Shown here piece by piece: positions 10,419 through 19,336 of a DNA stretch of 64,000 bases. Made by a program: the position numbers and the translations under genes. The DNA is taken from positions 1,632,001 to 1,696,000 of the forward strand of contig OZ242326.1 of NCBI GenBank assembly GCA_965208325.1, in the 5' to 3' direction. The stretch is from Candidatus Poribacteria bacterium. Its GTDB lineage: Bacteria; Poribacteria; WGA-4E; PCPOR2b. The first letter of the stretch is position 1; the number at the start of each line of letters is the position of its first letter. Under the pieces are notes generated by a model. That model saw only the letters and a list, made by a program, of their open reading frames with translations. It was not told the DNA's origin and made no database searches.

Positions 10419-11060
10419 ATGGGAATGATATTAGAGCGTTTAGTTGTAAGTCCTTTCGAATCTAACTGCTGGATACTTGGTTGTGAAAAAACACGCGAGG
10501 GCGTTTTCATAGACCCGGGAGACGACGCGGAGCGTATCCTAGAGGTCGTGAATCGGCACAGCCTATCGCTGAAATACGCTATCCAGACGCATGCTCATCT
10601 AGATCATATCTCTGCAACGGCCGCTATTCAAGTTGAGACCGGCGCCGAAGTACTAATCCACGAAGCGGAGCAACTCCTCTTGGATAATCTATCGGCGCAA
10701 GCGTCGCTGTTTGGGCTACCCGCACCAGCCGCCCCTACGGTAAATGGGTACATCAGGGAAGGGGATAAAATCTCTTTCGCGGGATACACCTTATCCGTCA
10801 TTGAAACTCCCGGCCACAGTCCGGGCGGTGTCTCCCTAAAATTGGAAGGCTCGGAAAAACTGCTTTTCACCGGCGATGCGCTTTTTCAAGGAAGTATAGG
10901 CCGCACGGATTTGATGGGCGGTTCTTATTCCCAATTGATTGATTCCATCCGGGAAAAACTGTTTCCGCTTGATGACGACACGGTAATCCACCCAGGCCAC
11001 GGAGAAAGTTCCACGTTGGGCGCGGAGAAGCGTTTCAATCCGTTTTTGCGAGAATTGTAG
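10419..11060 (+). CDS. MBL-fold metallo-hydrolase (glyoxalase II-like)
   Basis: THAHLDH, TPGHSPG, FTGDALF, GSIGRTDL, PGHG. Confidence 0.93.
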   Translation: MGMILERLVVSPFESNCWILGCEKTREGVFIDPGDDAERILEVVNRHSLSLKYAIQTHAHLDHISATAAIQVETGAEVLIHEAEQLLLDNLSAQASLFGLPAPAAPTVNGYIREGDKISFAGYTLSVIETPGHSPGGVSLKLEGSEKLLFTGDALFQGSIGRTDLMGGSYSQLIDSIREKLFPLDDDTVIHPGHGESSTLGAEKRFNPFLREL

Positions 11061-11230
11061 CGGCTCGAACATCCGCGTACTTCTATGCCGATTGCCCTTT
11101 GGTGTCTGGTCGTAAGCGCAAACGGTACGCTTTTCCTGAACACACATATCTAGGCAAAATTTCTGGCATTATTCAGAATTCCCGCGCATTTAAGCAGTGG
11201 ATTCAGAAAACACGGTCTGAGGTACAATCC

Positions 11231-12664
11231 ATGAATTTCCTGTTTCGCCAATTTTGCATACGATTGGCGCGAAAATTCTATTCCCGCACGCTCGTAGCGA
11301 TTTTGTTCATTACGTGGGCGGGTGCGCAGAACGCAGCCGCGGCGTGGATAAAGGATTTGAACCAAAATACGCCGGTCTGTACGGCGAAGAACGACCAATA
11401 CTTTCCCAATCTCACGTCCGATGGCGCAGGGGGCGTCATCGTTGTATGGCAGGATACGAGACATGGTAATCAAGATGTGTTTGCCCAACGTGTCAGCGCC
11501 GAGGGCGAAATGCTCTGGATGGAAAACGGAGTCGCGATTTGCGGCTTGCCGAGCCACCAAAGCTGGCCCCTTATCATCACCGACCAAACCGGTGGCGCAA
11601 TAATTATCTTCAGGGATTCGCGGCACGGCAACCAAGACGTTTACGCCCAGCGAATTAGCGCTGATGGACAGCTGCTTTGGGATGAAGGCGGTGTGCCGGT
11701 CTGTGTAGATCGGTCGTTTCAAGATGATGTCGACGCCATTCCCAACGGCAGCGGCGGCGCAATTATCGTATGGGAGGATTGGCGGCATGGAAACCAGGAT
11801 ATCTATGCGCAGTGTATTGACGGGAACGGAAAATCCGTTTGGACGCAGAACGGTGTTCCCGTTAATCGGAGCGAGGGGCATCAATATGACTGCGTCTTAA
11901 CAGCGGATGGCAGCGGGGGCGCAATTTTTGCCTGGTGGAATCTTACACCTGATTGGAACGTCTTCGCGCAGCGTCTCAATGCGAAAGGCGAAACGGTTTG
12001 GGATGCTGAAGGTATTCCCGTGTGTGTTGCGCCGGGGAATCAGGGGGCACCTCTCATTGTTGCCGATAACGAAGGAGGCGCCTTTTTTGTTTGGTCCGAC
12101 TACCGAAACGCGCCGAGTCCATTCTCCATCAGTGCCGATCTATTCGCCCAGCGCATCAATGCGGAGGGCAACGTCCTTTGGGAAACGGACGGAATCAGCG
12201 TTTGCAATCAGCCGTCAAATCAACAGCAGCCTGCGGGTGTAAGCGATGGTGCGGGAGGCTTGATTGTTGCCTGGTGGGATGAGCGCGACATTTTTTCCGA
12301 CATTTATGCGCAGCGCGTCAGTCCTGAAGGCGTGATGATGTGGGAGATGAACGGCATTCCTGTGTGTGCGGCGGGCGGTGAGCAGCGTAACCCGGGGTGC
12401 GTCCCCGATGGCTCACAAGGAGCCGTTGTCTACTGGCTGGATTATCGCGAGGATTTCGGAAACACCACAGCGGACGCAATCTACGCCCAACGGATTGACC
12501 CAAACGGCAAATCCCTATGGCCGCTCAACGGCATTCCAATCTGTACGGCTGATGGGAATCAAATTACGCCGCAAGCCAGCCCCGACGGTCAAGGCGGTGC
12601 TTTCATCATTTGGAGCGACGGCCGAACCGACGAACCAGATATTTACATCCATCGCGCACCGTAA
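11231..12664 (+). CDS. Secreted repeat protein, 8 x ~55 aa repeats, probable beta-propeller
   Basis: Signal-like N-terminus, then repeats of PVC...Q..P....DG.GGA...W.D.R....DI(Y/F)AQR....G...W...G; start codon uncertain. Confidence 0.8.
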   Translation: MNFLFRQFCIRLARKFYSRTLVAILFITWAGAQNAAAAWIKDLNQNTPVCTAKNDQYFPNLTSDGAGGVIVVWQDTRHGNQDVFAQRVSAEGEMLWMENGVAICGLPSHQSWPLIITDQTGGAIIIFRDSRHGNQDVYAQRISADGQLLWDEGGVPVCVDRSFQDDVDAIPNGSGGAIIVWEDWRHGNQDIYAQCIDGNGKSVWTQNGVPVNRSEGHQYDCVLTADGSGGAIFAWWNLTPDWNVFAQRLNAKGETVWDAEGIPVCVAPGNQGAPLIVADNEGGAFFVWSDYRNAPSPFSISADLFAQRINAEGNVLWETDGISVCNQPSNQQQPAGVSDGAGGLIVAWWDERDIFSDIYAQRVSPEGVMMWEMNGIPVCAAGGEQRNPGCVPDGSQGAVVYWLDYREDFGNTTADAIYAQRIDPNGKSLWPLNGIPICTADGNQITPQASPDGQGGAFIIWSDGRTDEPDIYIHRAP

Positions 12665-12755
12665 GCACAATGTGTGTCGAAAACCGCTGACCAAGAACAC
12701 CCAAATTTGACGAGAATTACGGTGCAGTTTGCTTGGAATTCAAGATTGGCGGCGT

Positions 12756-13460
12756 ATGGTATCTGATATAGAACTGATGAAAATACGGGTTGAGGTGCTA
12801 TTCACGCTGAATAAGAATAGGCGTATGCTGGGTATCAACCAACTAGGCAGTGATGTAGGACCTGCACCACGTTTCTTCATTGGATACACCAACCAAGGTT
12901 CAATCTGCAGATTCCGGTTTGACCTCCCCGAAAATGTGGTTGCCCAGTTAAAGGAGGTTGCCGCTGCAGAACCGGCGCCTATGGATTCGCGGGCATTTCC
13001 AAGTCGCCGCAACCAATTCGTGGACATCCTTCAAAGTCATGCGCCGATTGAACGTATATGGTTAGGCCCCGCCTACCGCTTTCCCAAACACATTTCACCC
13101 CCGCCAAACGTTGTTCGGTTATCACCTGAGAACGTTGGACTTCTGAAGGGTGACTTCGCGATGCTAGCGCCGGAGATTGATTATGGGCGGCTCTGTTTTG
13201 CAGTCATTGAGGACTCGCAAGCGGTGTCGATTTGCCGAAGCGTCCGCATTTCATCAAAAGCGCATGAAGCAGGGATTGATACACTGGAGGCTTATCGCCG
13301 ATGTGGGTATGCAGCTGCTACTGTTGCCGCGTGGGCGCTTGCCGTTCGCTCCAAAAACCTCATCCCGCTCTACAGCACCTCATGGAACAATGCGGCGTCG
13401 CTGAGGTTAGCACAACGATTAGGTTTAGTGCAATATGGTGTGGACTATCATTTGACGTGA
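12756..13460 (+). CDS. GNAT family N-acetyltransferase
   Basis: C-terminal GIDTLEAYRRCGYA (motif A), YSTSWNNAASLRLAQRLG. Confidence 0.85.
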   Translation: MVSDIELMKIRVEVLFTLNKNRRMLGINQLGSDVGPAPRFFIGYTNQGSICRFRFDLPENVVAQLKEVAAAEPAPMDSRAFPSRRNQFVDILQSHAPIERIWLGPAYRFPKHISPPPNVVRLSPENVGLLKGDFAMLAPEIDYGRLCFAVIEDSQAVSICRSVRISSKAHEAGIDTLEAYRRCGYAAATVAAWALAVRSKNLIPLYSTSWNNAASLRLAQRLGLVQYGVDYHLT

Positions 13461-13870
13461 TAGCTGCAAGAATTGGACTTCCGTGGCATAACCTACTGCC
13501 GCACAACAAGCACCTGAAGCACAACATATTTGTGCTCAGACGAGGGAAAACATCTCGTTTTTTTTCAACACACCGATAGTGATGTTAAATCGGATTCTTG
13601 TTGATTCGTTACAGTAACTATGCTACACTTGGATATATATGATGCAATAGCAAGGAGCATTCTGTAGAAAAAATAAATTTGCAATTTTACGCCGAGAATT
13701 TGATTTAATAAAGGCTTGCAGGATAAAATCTCCAATCGGCGGCGACATTCAGTGATGAATGATAGGACGAAGATGCGATTGAAGCACGTGTGAAGAACTG
13801 TCAATTGAATGATAGAAAAAAGACTATTGACATACAGCGATATCTTATTGGTTTCCGGGCAAAACTAATT

Positions 13871-14788
13871 ATGAGGTTTACTGGACACGAAACCTTCCCT
13901 TGTCGATATACTTGGCTCCCTAAGGCAGTTGCCGCTTTAAACAAAAATCGCCATTTGTTTAGGGATATAGACGAAGCGATAGTTGCGCTGGGCGTTGGCA
14001 AGCAAATGGCTCAAGCGATAAGATTTTGGGTTGAAGCTGCAAAGGTTGTCGAAAGAAAAGAAAAAGGGGATTTCAAAGTCACTTGGTTGGGTGAAAAATT
14101 GTTGGGCGAAGGCGGATATGATTCATATCTGGAGAACATCCAAACGCTTTGGCTCATTCATTGGAATTTTTCGACTCACCCTGACAACCCCATTTTCGCT
14201 TGGGATTTTCTTATGAATCAGTGGCAAGAACCCGAGATTGCTCCATCGATCGTAGTGAAGGCTTTCGAAAATAAGGCGAATGCTCAAGACCGAAAACTGT
14301 CTCCGGCCACACTCAAACAGCACTTCAAAATTTTTCTTCATACTTACGTACCAACGCGGGGAAAAAAAGGGGACATACTCGAAGATAACCTCGATTGCCC
14401 TTTGACTGAACTGAATTTGATTCAACGGATTGGAGATAGGGTTTTAGACGGGGAAGATGGAAAGCGGGAACCGGTCTACACCTTCAACCGTGACCCCAAA
14501 CCGAAAATAAGCCAGAAGCTATTTGCCTTTTGCTTAAACGACTTTTGGGAAACTTATCACCCCACAGATCAGACATTGTCATTCCGTGAAGTCGCGTCTG
14601 GACATGGCAGCCCAGGTCAAATCTTCAAGTTGCCAGAACGAGAAATTCGGGGCCGTCTAGGAGCGATTGAAGATTTTACGGACGGCGCGATAGTCTTTCA
14701 TGAATCGGTAAACTTGAGGCAGATTCAAAAACAGGAAGACATTGACAGGGAAGATTTATTGGATGCTATTTATTTGCAAAGGGATTAG
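13871..14788 (+). CDS. sspB: DUF4007 family protein (SspB-like)
   Basis: N-terminal F(T/S)GHETF.R..WL.K, LGVGK.M..AIRFW, D.YLE...TLWL.H, LDCPL.EL.LI signatures of DUF4007; first gene of the cluster. Confidence 0.85.
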   Translation: MRFTGHETFPCRYTWLPKAVAALNKNRHLFRDIDEAIVALGVGKQMAQAIRFWVEAAKVVERKEKGDFKVTWLGEKLLGEGGYDSYLENIQTLWLIHWNFSTHPDNPIFAWDFLMNQWQEPEIAPSIVVKAFENKANAQDRKLSPATLKQHFKIFLHTYVPTRGKKGDILEDNLDCPLTELNLIQRIGDRVLDGEDGKREPVYTFNRDPKPKISQKLFAFCLNDFWETYHPTDQTLSFREVASGHGSPGQIFKLPEREIRGRLGAIEDFTDGAIVFHESVNLRQIQKQEDIDREDLLDAIYLQRD

Positions 14789-14791
14789 CAC

Positions 14792-17700
14792 GTGGACAAA
14801 ACCATAGCCCGCTTATTTCATATTAACCCCCGCTTCTTGCGTTCGACCCACCTTGAACGAGATTTTCCCGCCCCGGACGGTTGTACAGGATACATACCGA
14901 CGGATTTTTCCGTGTCCTGCCTTGAGCGTTTGGCTGAGGGGCTCATAGCAAATTCTACTCGGCGAGCATGGCGGTTAACCGGGGATTATGGCACCGGAAA
15001 ATCAAGTTTCGCTTTGTTCCTCGCTCACCTGTTTTCAGGTCATCAGAATGGGCAACTTGAAAAGTTACGACAGTCTATTAACATAGAGGCGTTCTGCTTT
15101 GACAACCTGAATCTGATACCCATTCTGGTCACCGGAAGCCAATTGCCCTTGGGGACTGCTCTCCAGTCGGCATTGCGGGAATCCATTGCCACCACCGGCA
15201 CCAATGGTTCTAATGTGACACTTCCGCCTCGACTTCAAAACCTTGTGAAGAATTTAGATGGGGGTACACCGTCACATGTTGAACCCCGCTCGGATCGAAA
15301 CGAAATCCCGGGCATCAGGGACCAAGAGATTGTCGAAGGTCTGAGCCAGTTTGGTGAATTCATCAAATCGGAGTCTAAAGGATCGGGTGTTCTTCTTATC
15401 CTTGATGAGTTGGGTAAATTCCTTGAATTTGCGGCAATGTATCCTGAACGTCAGGACATTTATCTACTTCAGCAATTGGCAGAAGCGGCCTCACGCAGCG
15501 GTGACACACCGTTGTTCGTCTTAGGTCTATTACATCAAGGGTTCAGTGCCTATGCCGACCATCTGGATGGGACATCTAAGCAGGAGTGGGAAAAGGTGGC
15601 GGGGAGGTTTGAAGAGATTCTTTTCAATCAACCGCTCGATCAGGCAGTCCCGCTGCTGTCATCTGCTTTGGGGATTCAAATGTCAGACGTTCCCGAACAG
15701 TACCAAATACAGGCAAGAACTCAAATGGAATGTGCCCTTGAGCAGGGATGGTATGGTCCTGTACCACTACGCAAAGAATTGCGGAATAAAGCGGTGCAGT
15801 TATTTCCGCTGGATCCGTTAGCTGTACCTATTATCGTGCGTACCATGCACCGCTTTGGACAGAATGACAGGTCGCTGTTTAGTTTTCTTCAATCCTCGGA
15901 GCCATTCGGCCTACAAGCCTATGCTTCACAACATTCCCTTGAAAATGCACTTCCTTACCGAATCGCCGACTTCTACGATTATGTCCGGGCGAATCTGAGC
16001 CATTCGCTCAATCTGAGCAGCACACAGACCCATTGGAGTGTGGTTGATTCCATCGTTTCTAGTCACATATCCAGCGACCGTTTGGAAATGGAGGTGCTGA
16101 AAACGGTTGGGATGTTGAATCTACTGAACGCCAATGACTTACTTCCAATAGAGTCGATTGTCTTACAAGCGGTGGCGGGAATTCAGGAAGACTTGCGTAG
16201 AGGTGTCAGCCATGCAATAGACGCGCTGAAACATGAGAAACGCCTACTATACGACCGAGGCATTGCCGGAGGTTTATGTCTTTGGCCCCATACCAGTGTG
16301 GACTTGGATGCCGCGTACAAAAAGGCAGGGCGTGCAGTCGGGAGTATTCAGCGGGTCAGTGAGCTAATTAAAACCCATCTTGATCCGAGACCGATCGTTG
16401 CTCGCCGACACTACATACAAACCGGGAATTTGCGTCATTTTAAAATTCAGTATCTGTCGGAACCCGAATTTGCCGAATCCGTGCTTGAGTTTGCTGACGG
16501 TGTAGATGGAAAGATAATTATCGTGCTATGTGATTCACGTCAAGAACAGCGGCAGGCGGTACAGGTCGCTGAATCCATTAACCATCCACAAGTAATTATC
16601 GCCATCCCTGCCCCATTGCGAAGCGTTGCCGGCTATCTGAAGGACTTTCTGCGTTGGGAATGGGTCGGGAAAAACACGTTGGAACTCAATACCGATCCTT
16701 ACGCGAGTGAGGAGGTCGCACGTCAGCGGGATGCGGTCCGTATCCGTCTTGAAAAGCGAGTCGGCGACTTAAACGATCTGCGCGGATATTCAGGAGAAAT
16801 GAGGTTCAAGTGGTTTTCTGAAGGGAAACAGCTGTCGTTTTCTACAGGTCAACAACTCTTGAATCACCTTTCAGATCTTTGCGACAGGATTTTCGCCAAA
16901 GCCCCCACCATTCAAAACGAACTCATCAATAGACAAAACTTGAGCTCTGCGGCAGCCGGTGCACTGGGGCGTTTGATTGGAGCAATGTTTGAAAAGGAAT
17001 CTCAGGAGAACTTGGGAATGCAAGGACACAAACGACTACCTGAGATGTCATTGTACCTTTCGATTTTGCAGCCGGGAAATATCCATGTTGAAGGAAAAAA
17101 AACGTGGTATATTGAAAAGCCCCCTCCCGAGGCAGACCCGTGTCATATCCTACCGACACTGGGACAAATCGATGCACTGTTGAAGTCCAAGATTGATAAG
17201 AAGATTCCGATTCAAGAGTTATTTGCAGAACTTCGAAAACCGCCGTTTGGAATTCGAGACGGACTAATTCCTTTACTGCTAGCAATCTATATTGTCGCTC
17301 ACCGACAGGACATTGCGATTTTTGAAGACGGCACATTCTTGCGTGAGGTAAGGGGAGATGATTTCCTTCGCCTGACAAAAGCCCCCGAGTATTTTGAAAT
17401 TCAACATAGTGAAATCCAAGGGATTCGTGCCTCAGTTTTCGATCAACTCATCAAGGTACTTGGCATTCAGCGAACATCAGGAGAGCGGGATTCGCGAATC
17501 CTTGATGTTGTTCAACCCTTGTGTACCTTTGTTGTGGAACTGCCTGAATATGTCCATAACACGAAGAAACTCTCTCAAGAAGCCATTGCTGTCCGCAATT
17601 CGCTCATGTCGGCAGGCGAACCTGCCCCACTAATTTTCCGGGACTTGCCAATCGCCTGCGGTGATGCTCCGTTTGATGCAACCGAATCCATCGACGACAG

Positions 17701-18325
17701 TCGGGTGCAGGACTTTGCGGAAAGACTCAAAACCTATCTGGCTGAACTGCGGAACTCCTACACCGAGTTACTTGAACGTCTAAAATCTGCTATTTTTGAG
17801 GCATTTGAGGTGTCAGGTAGTTTTTCACAAGCACGCGGTTTGCTGTCAAGCCACGCCCAGGATTTACGAATTCATGTCAGCGAATCTCAACTCAAAGCTT
17901 TGTGTGGTCGCCTGAGTGACAGGACCTTGTCTGAAACGAAGTGGATTGAATCGGCTGCGAGTTTCGTTGCTTCAAAACCGCCATCCTATTGGGACGATGC
18001 CGACGAAGGCGTGTTCCAACATAAACTTTCAGACCTCGCAGAGCGCTTTAAGCATGTTGACAGTTTGTATTTCGGGACGGTAGATAGACCCGATGGGGGA
18101 GAAGGAGTTCGCCTCGCAATCACGTGTTCAGATGGCAATGAAAGAGCTGCGGTCATGTATCTCCGACCTGAAGAAGAAGACACATTGGAAAATATCCAAA
18201 AGCAGATTCGCACTATATTGAGAAGTCACAATCGTTTGGGATTAGTAGCTGTCGCTCGGGCGGTTTGGGAGGAAATCAAAGAAGGTACTGTCAGTTCAGA
18301 CCAACAAGGAGGCCAATTCAAGTAG
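14792..18325 (+). CDS. sspC: Large P-loop ATPase (SspC-like)
   Basis: Walker A GDYGTGKS, Walker B LILDELGKFLE, EWEKVAGRF, FGQNDRSLFSFL; lies between DUF4007 and PAPS reductase genes. Confidence 0.8.
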   Translation: MDKTIARLFHINPRFLRSTHLERDFPAPDGCTGYIPTDFSVSCLERLAEGLIANSTRRAWRLTGDYGTGKSSFALFLAHLFSGHQNGQLEKLRQSINIEAFCFDNLNLIPILVTGSQLPLGTALQSALRESIATTGTNGSNVTLPPRLQNLVKNLDGGTPSHVEPRSDRNEIPGIRDQEIVEGLSQFGEFIKSESKGSGVLLILDELGKFLEFAAMYPERQDIYLLQQLAEAASRSGDTPLFVLGLLHQGFSAYADHLDGTSKQEWEKVAGRFEEILFNQPLDQAVPLLSSALGIQMSDVPEQYQIQARTQMECALEQGWYGPVPLRKELRNKAVQLFPLDPLAVPIIVRTMHRFGQNDRSLFSFLQSSEPFGLQAYASQHSLENALPYRIADFYDYVRANLSHSLNLSSTQTHWSVVDSIVSSHISSDRLEMEVLKTVGMLNLLNANDLLPIESIVLQAVAGIQEDLRRGVSHAIDALKHEKRLLYDRGIAGGLCLWPHTSVDLDAAYKKAGRAVGSIQRVSELIKTHLDPRPIVARRHYIQTGNLRHFKIQYLSEPEFAESVLEFADGVDGKIIIVLCDSRQEQRQAVQVAESINHPQVIIAIPAPLRSVAGYLKDFLRWEWVGKNTLELNTDPYASEEVARQRDAVRIRLEKRVGDLNDLRGYSGEMRFKWFSEGKQLSFSTGQQLLNHLSDLCDRIFAKAPTIQNELINRQNLSSAAAGALGRLIGAMFEKESQENLGMQGHKRLPEMSLYLSILQPGNIHVEGKKTWYIEKPPPEADPCHILPTLGQIDALLKSKIDKKIPIQELFAELRKPPFGIRDGLIPLLLAIYIVAHRQDIAIFEDGTFLREVRGDDFLRLTKAPEYFEIQHSEIQGIRASVFDQLIKVLGIQRTSGERDSRILDVVQPLCTFVVELPEYVHNTKKLSQEAIAVRNSLMSAGEPAPLIFRDLPIACGDAPFDATESIDDSRVQDFAERLKTYLAELRNSYTELLERLKSAIFEAFEVSGSFSQARGLLSSHAQDLRIHVSESQLKALCGRLSDRTLSETKWIESAASFVASKPPSYWDDADEGVFQHKLSDLAERFKHVDSLYFGTVDRPDGGEGVRLAITCSDGNERAAVMYLRPEEEDTLENIQKQIRTILRSHNRLGLVAVARAVWEEIKEGTVSSDQQGGQFK

Positions 18326-18338
18326 TAGGGTGGAAACG

Positions 18339-19148
18339 ATGAATCGGAAAGATCGCCACATCCTCAGCCTTTCAGGTGGAAAGGATAGTACGGCATTAGC
18401 CATCTACATGCGTGACCGCGTTTCAGAAATGGAATACATCTTCCACGACACTGACAAGGAATTGCCGGACACCATCGAATATCTCAAGCGTTTGGAAGCA
18501 TATCTAGGTGTGCCCATTGAGCGAACCACCAAACACACCGGTTTTGACAAAATGCTGAGAGTGTATGGTGGCATGCTCCCTTCAAATCATCGACGCTGGT
18601 GTACCAGAATGCTGAAGCTCAAGCCGTTTGAGGCGTACGTCGGTGATGACCCTGTGGTTAACTACGTAGGTCTTCGAGCGGACGAAAATCGAACCGGATA
18701 TATCAGCCACAAACCCAACATCAAAGTGGTCTATCCATTCAAAGAGGATGGAATCGTTTATGAGGATGTGGTTCGCATCCTAGAAGAGTCCGGGCTAGGA
18801 ATGCCACCGTACACTAGTTGGGGGCGAACACATTCAGGCTGCTTTTTCTGCTTCTATCAACAAAAGATTGAGTGGGTTAGGTTAAAACAGAGGTATCCCG
18901 AACTGTACGAACAGGCAAAGGAATACGAAAAACCCAACAAGATTAACGGGAATATTTTTTATTGGAATGATGACGAATCTCTTGAAGAACTTGAACAACC
19001 GGAGCGAACTGCGGAGATTATTGCCAACTGGGAAAAGAATCAAGATCGTCTGAAAGCCAAGCGAAAAAATAAACCGTTAGTGTCGGTTTTAGCTGGATAT
19101 GAGTCTGAAGATGATGAAGATCAGGGCTGTTTGACGTGCTTTTTATAG
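18339..19148 (+). CDS. sspD: PAPS-reductase family ATP pyrophosphatase (SspD/DndC-like)
   Basis: PP-loop LSGGKDS, DTDKELP, RRWCT..LK, GCFFCFYQ, C-terminal CxxC; alternative GTG start at 18330. Confidence 0.88.
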   Translation: MNRKDRHILSLSGGKDSTALAIYMRDRVSEMEYIFHDTDKELPDTIEYLKRLEAYLGVPIERTTKHTGFDKMLRVYGGMLPSNHRRWCTRMLKLKPFEAYVGDDPVVNYVGLRADENRTGYISHKPNIKVVYPFKEDGIVYEDVVRILEESGLGMPPYTSWGRTHSGCFFCFYQQKIEWVRLKQRYPELYEQAKEYEKPNKINGNIFYWNDDESLEELEQPERTAEIIANWEKNQDRLKAKRKNKPLVSVLAGYESEDDEDQGCLTCFL

Positions 19149-19336
19149 TGCAATTAACCCACCCGCCACATTTACCTTCAATTTCAAATTAGCTTGATGC
19201 AAACTCAATGAAAGGTCGGTTTTCGGGTATTCATTTCGCTAACTGGCACATGTATTGGTATGTGATTGAATAGAATTGGTTGAAGATGAAACCAGTGCAA
19301 AATTGCATATGTATGTTTATATGAGAGAATGGACGA

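Noticed and set aside
10029..10428. Short ORFs 10029..10226 and 10213..10428
   Set aside because: They run through palindromic repeats and have no protein-like features.
13461..13870. att sites or direct repeats bounding the island (compared with 31149-31288)
   Set aside because: No matching repeat was found by eye, and no tRNA or active integrase is adjacent.
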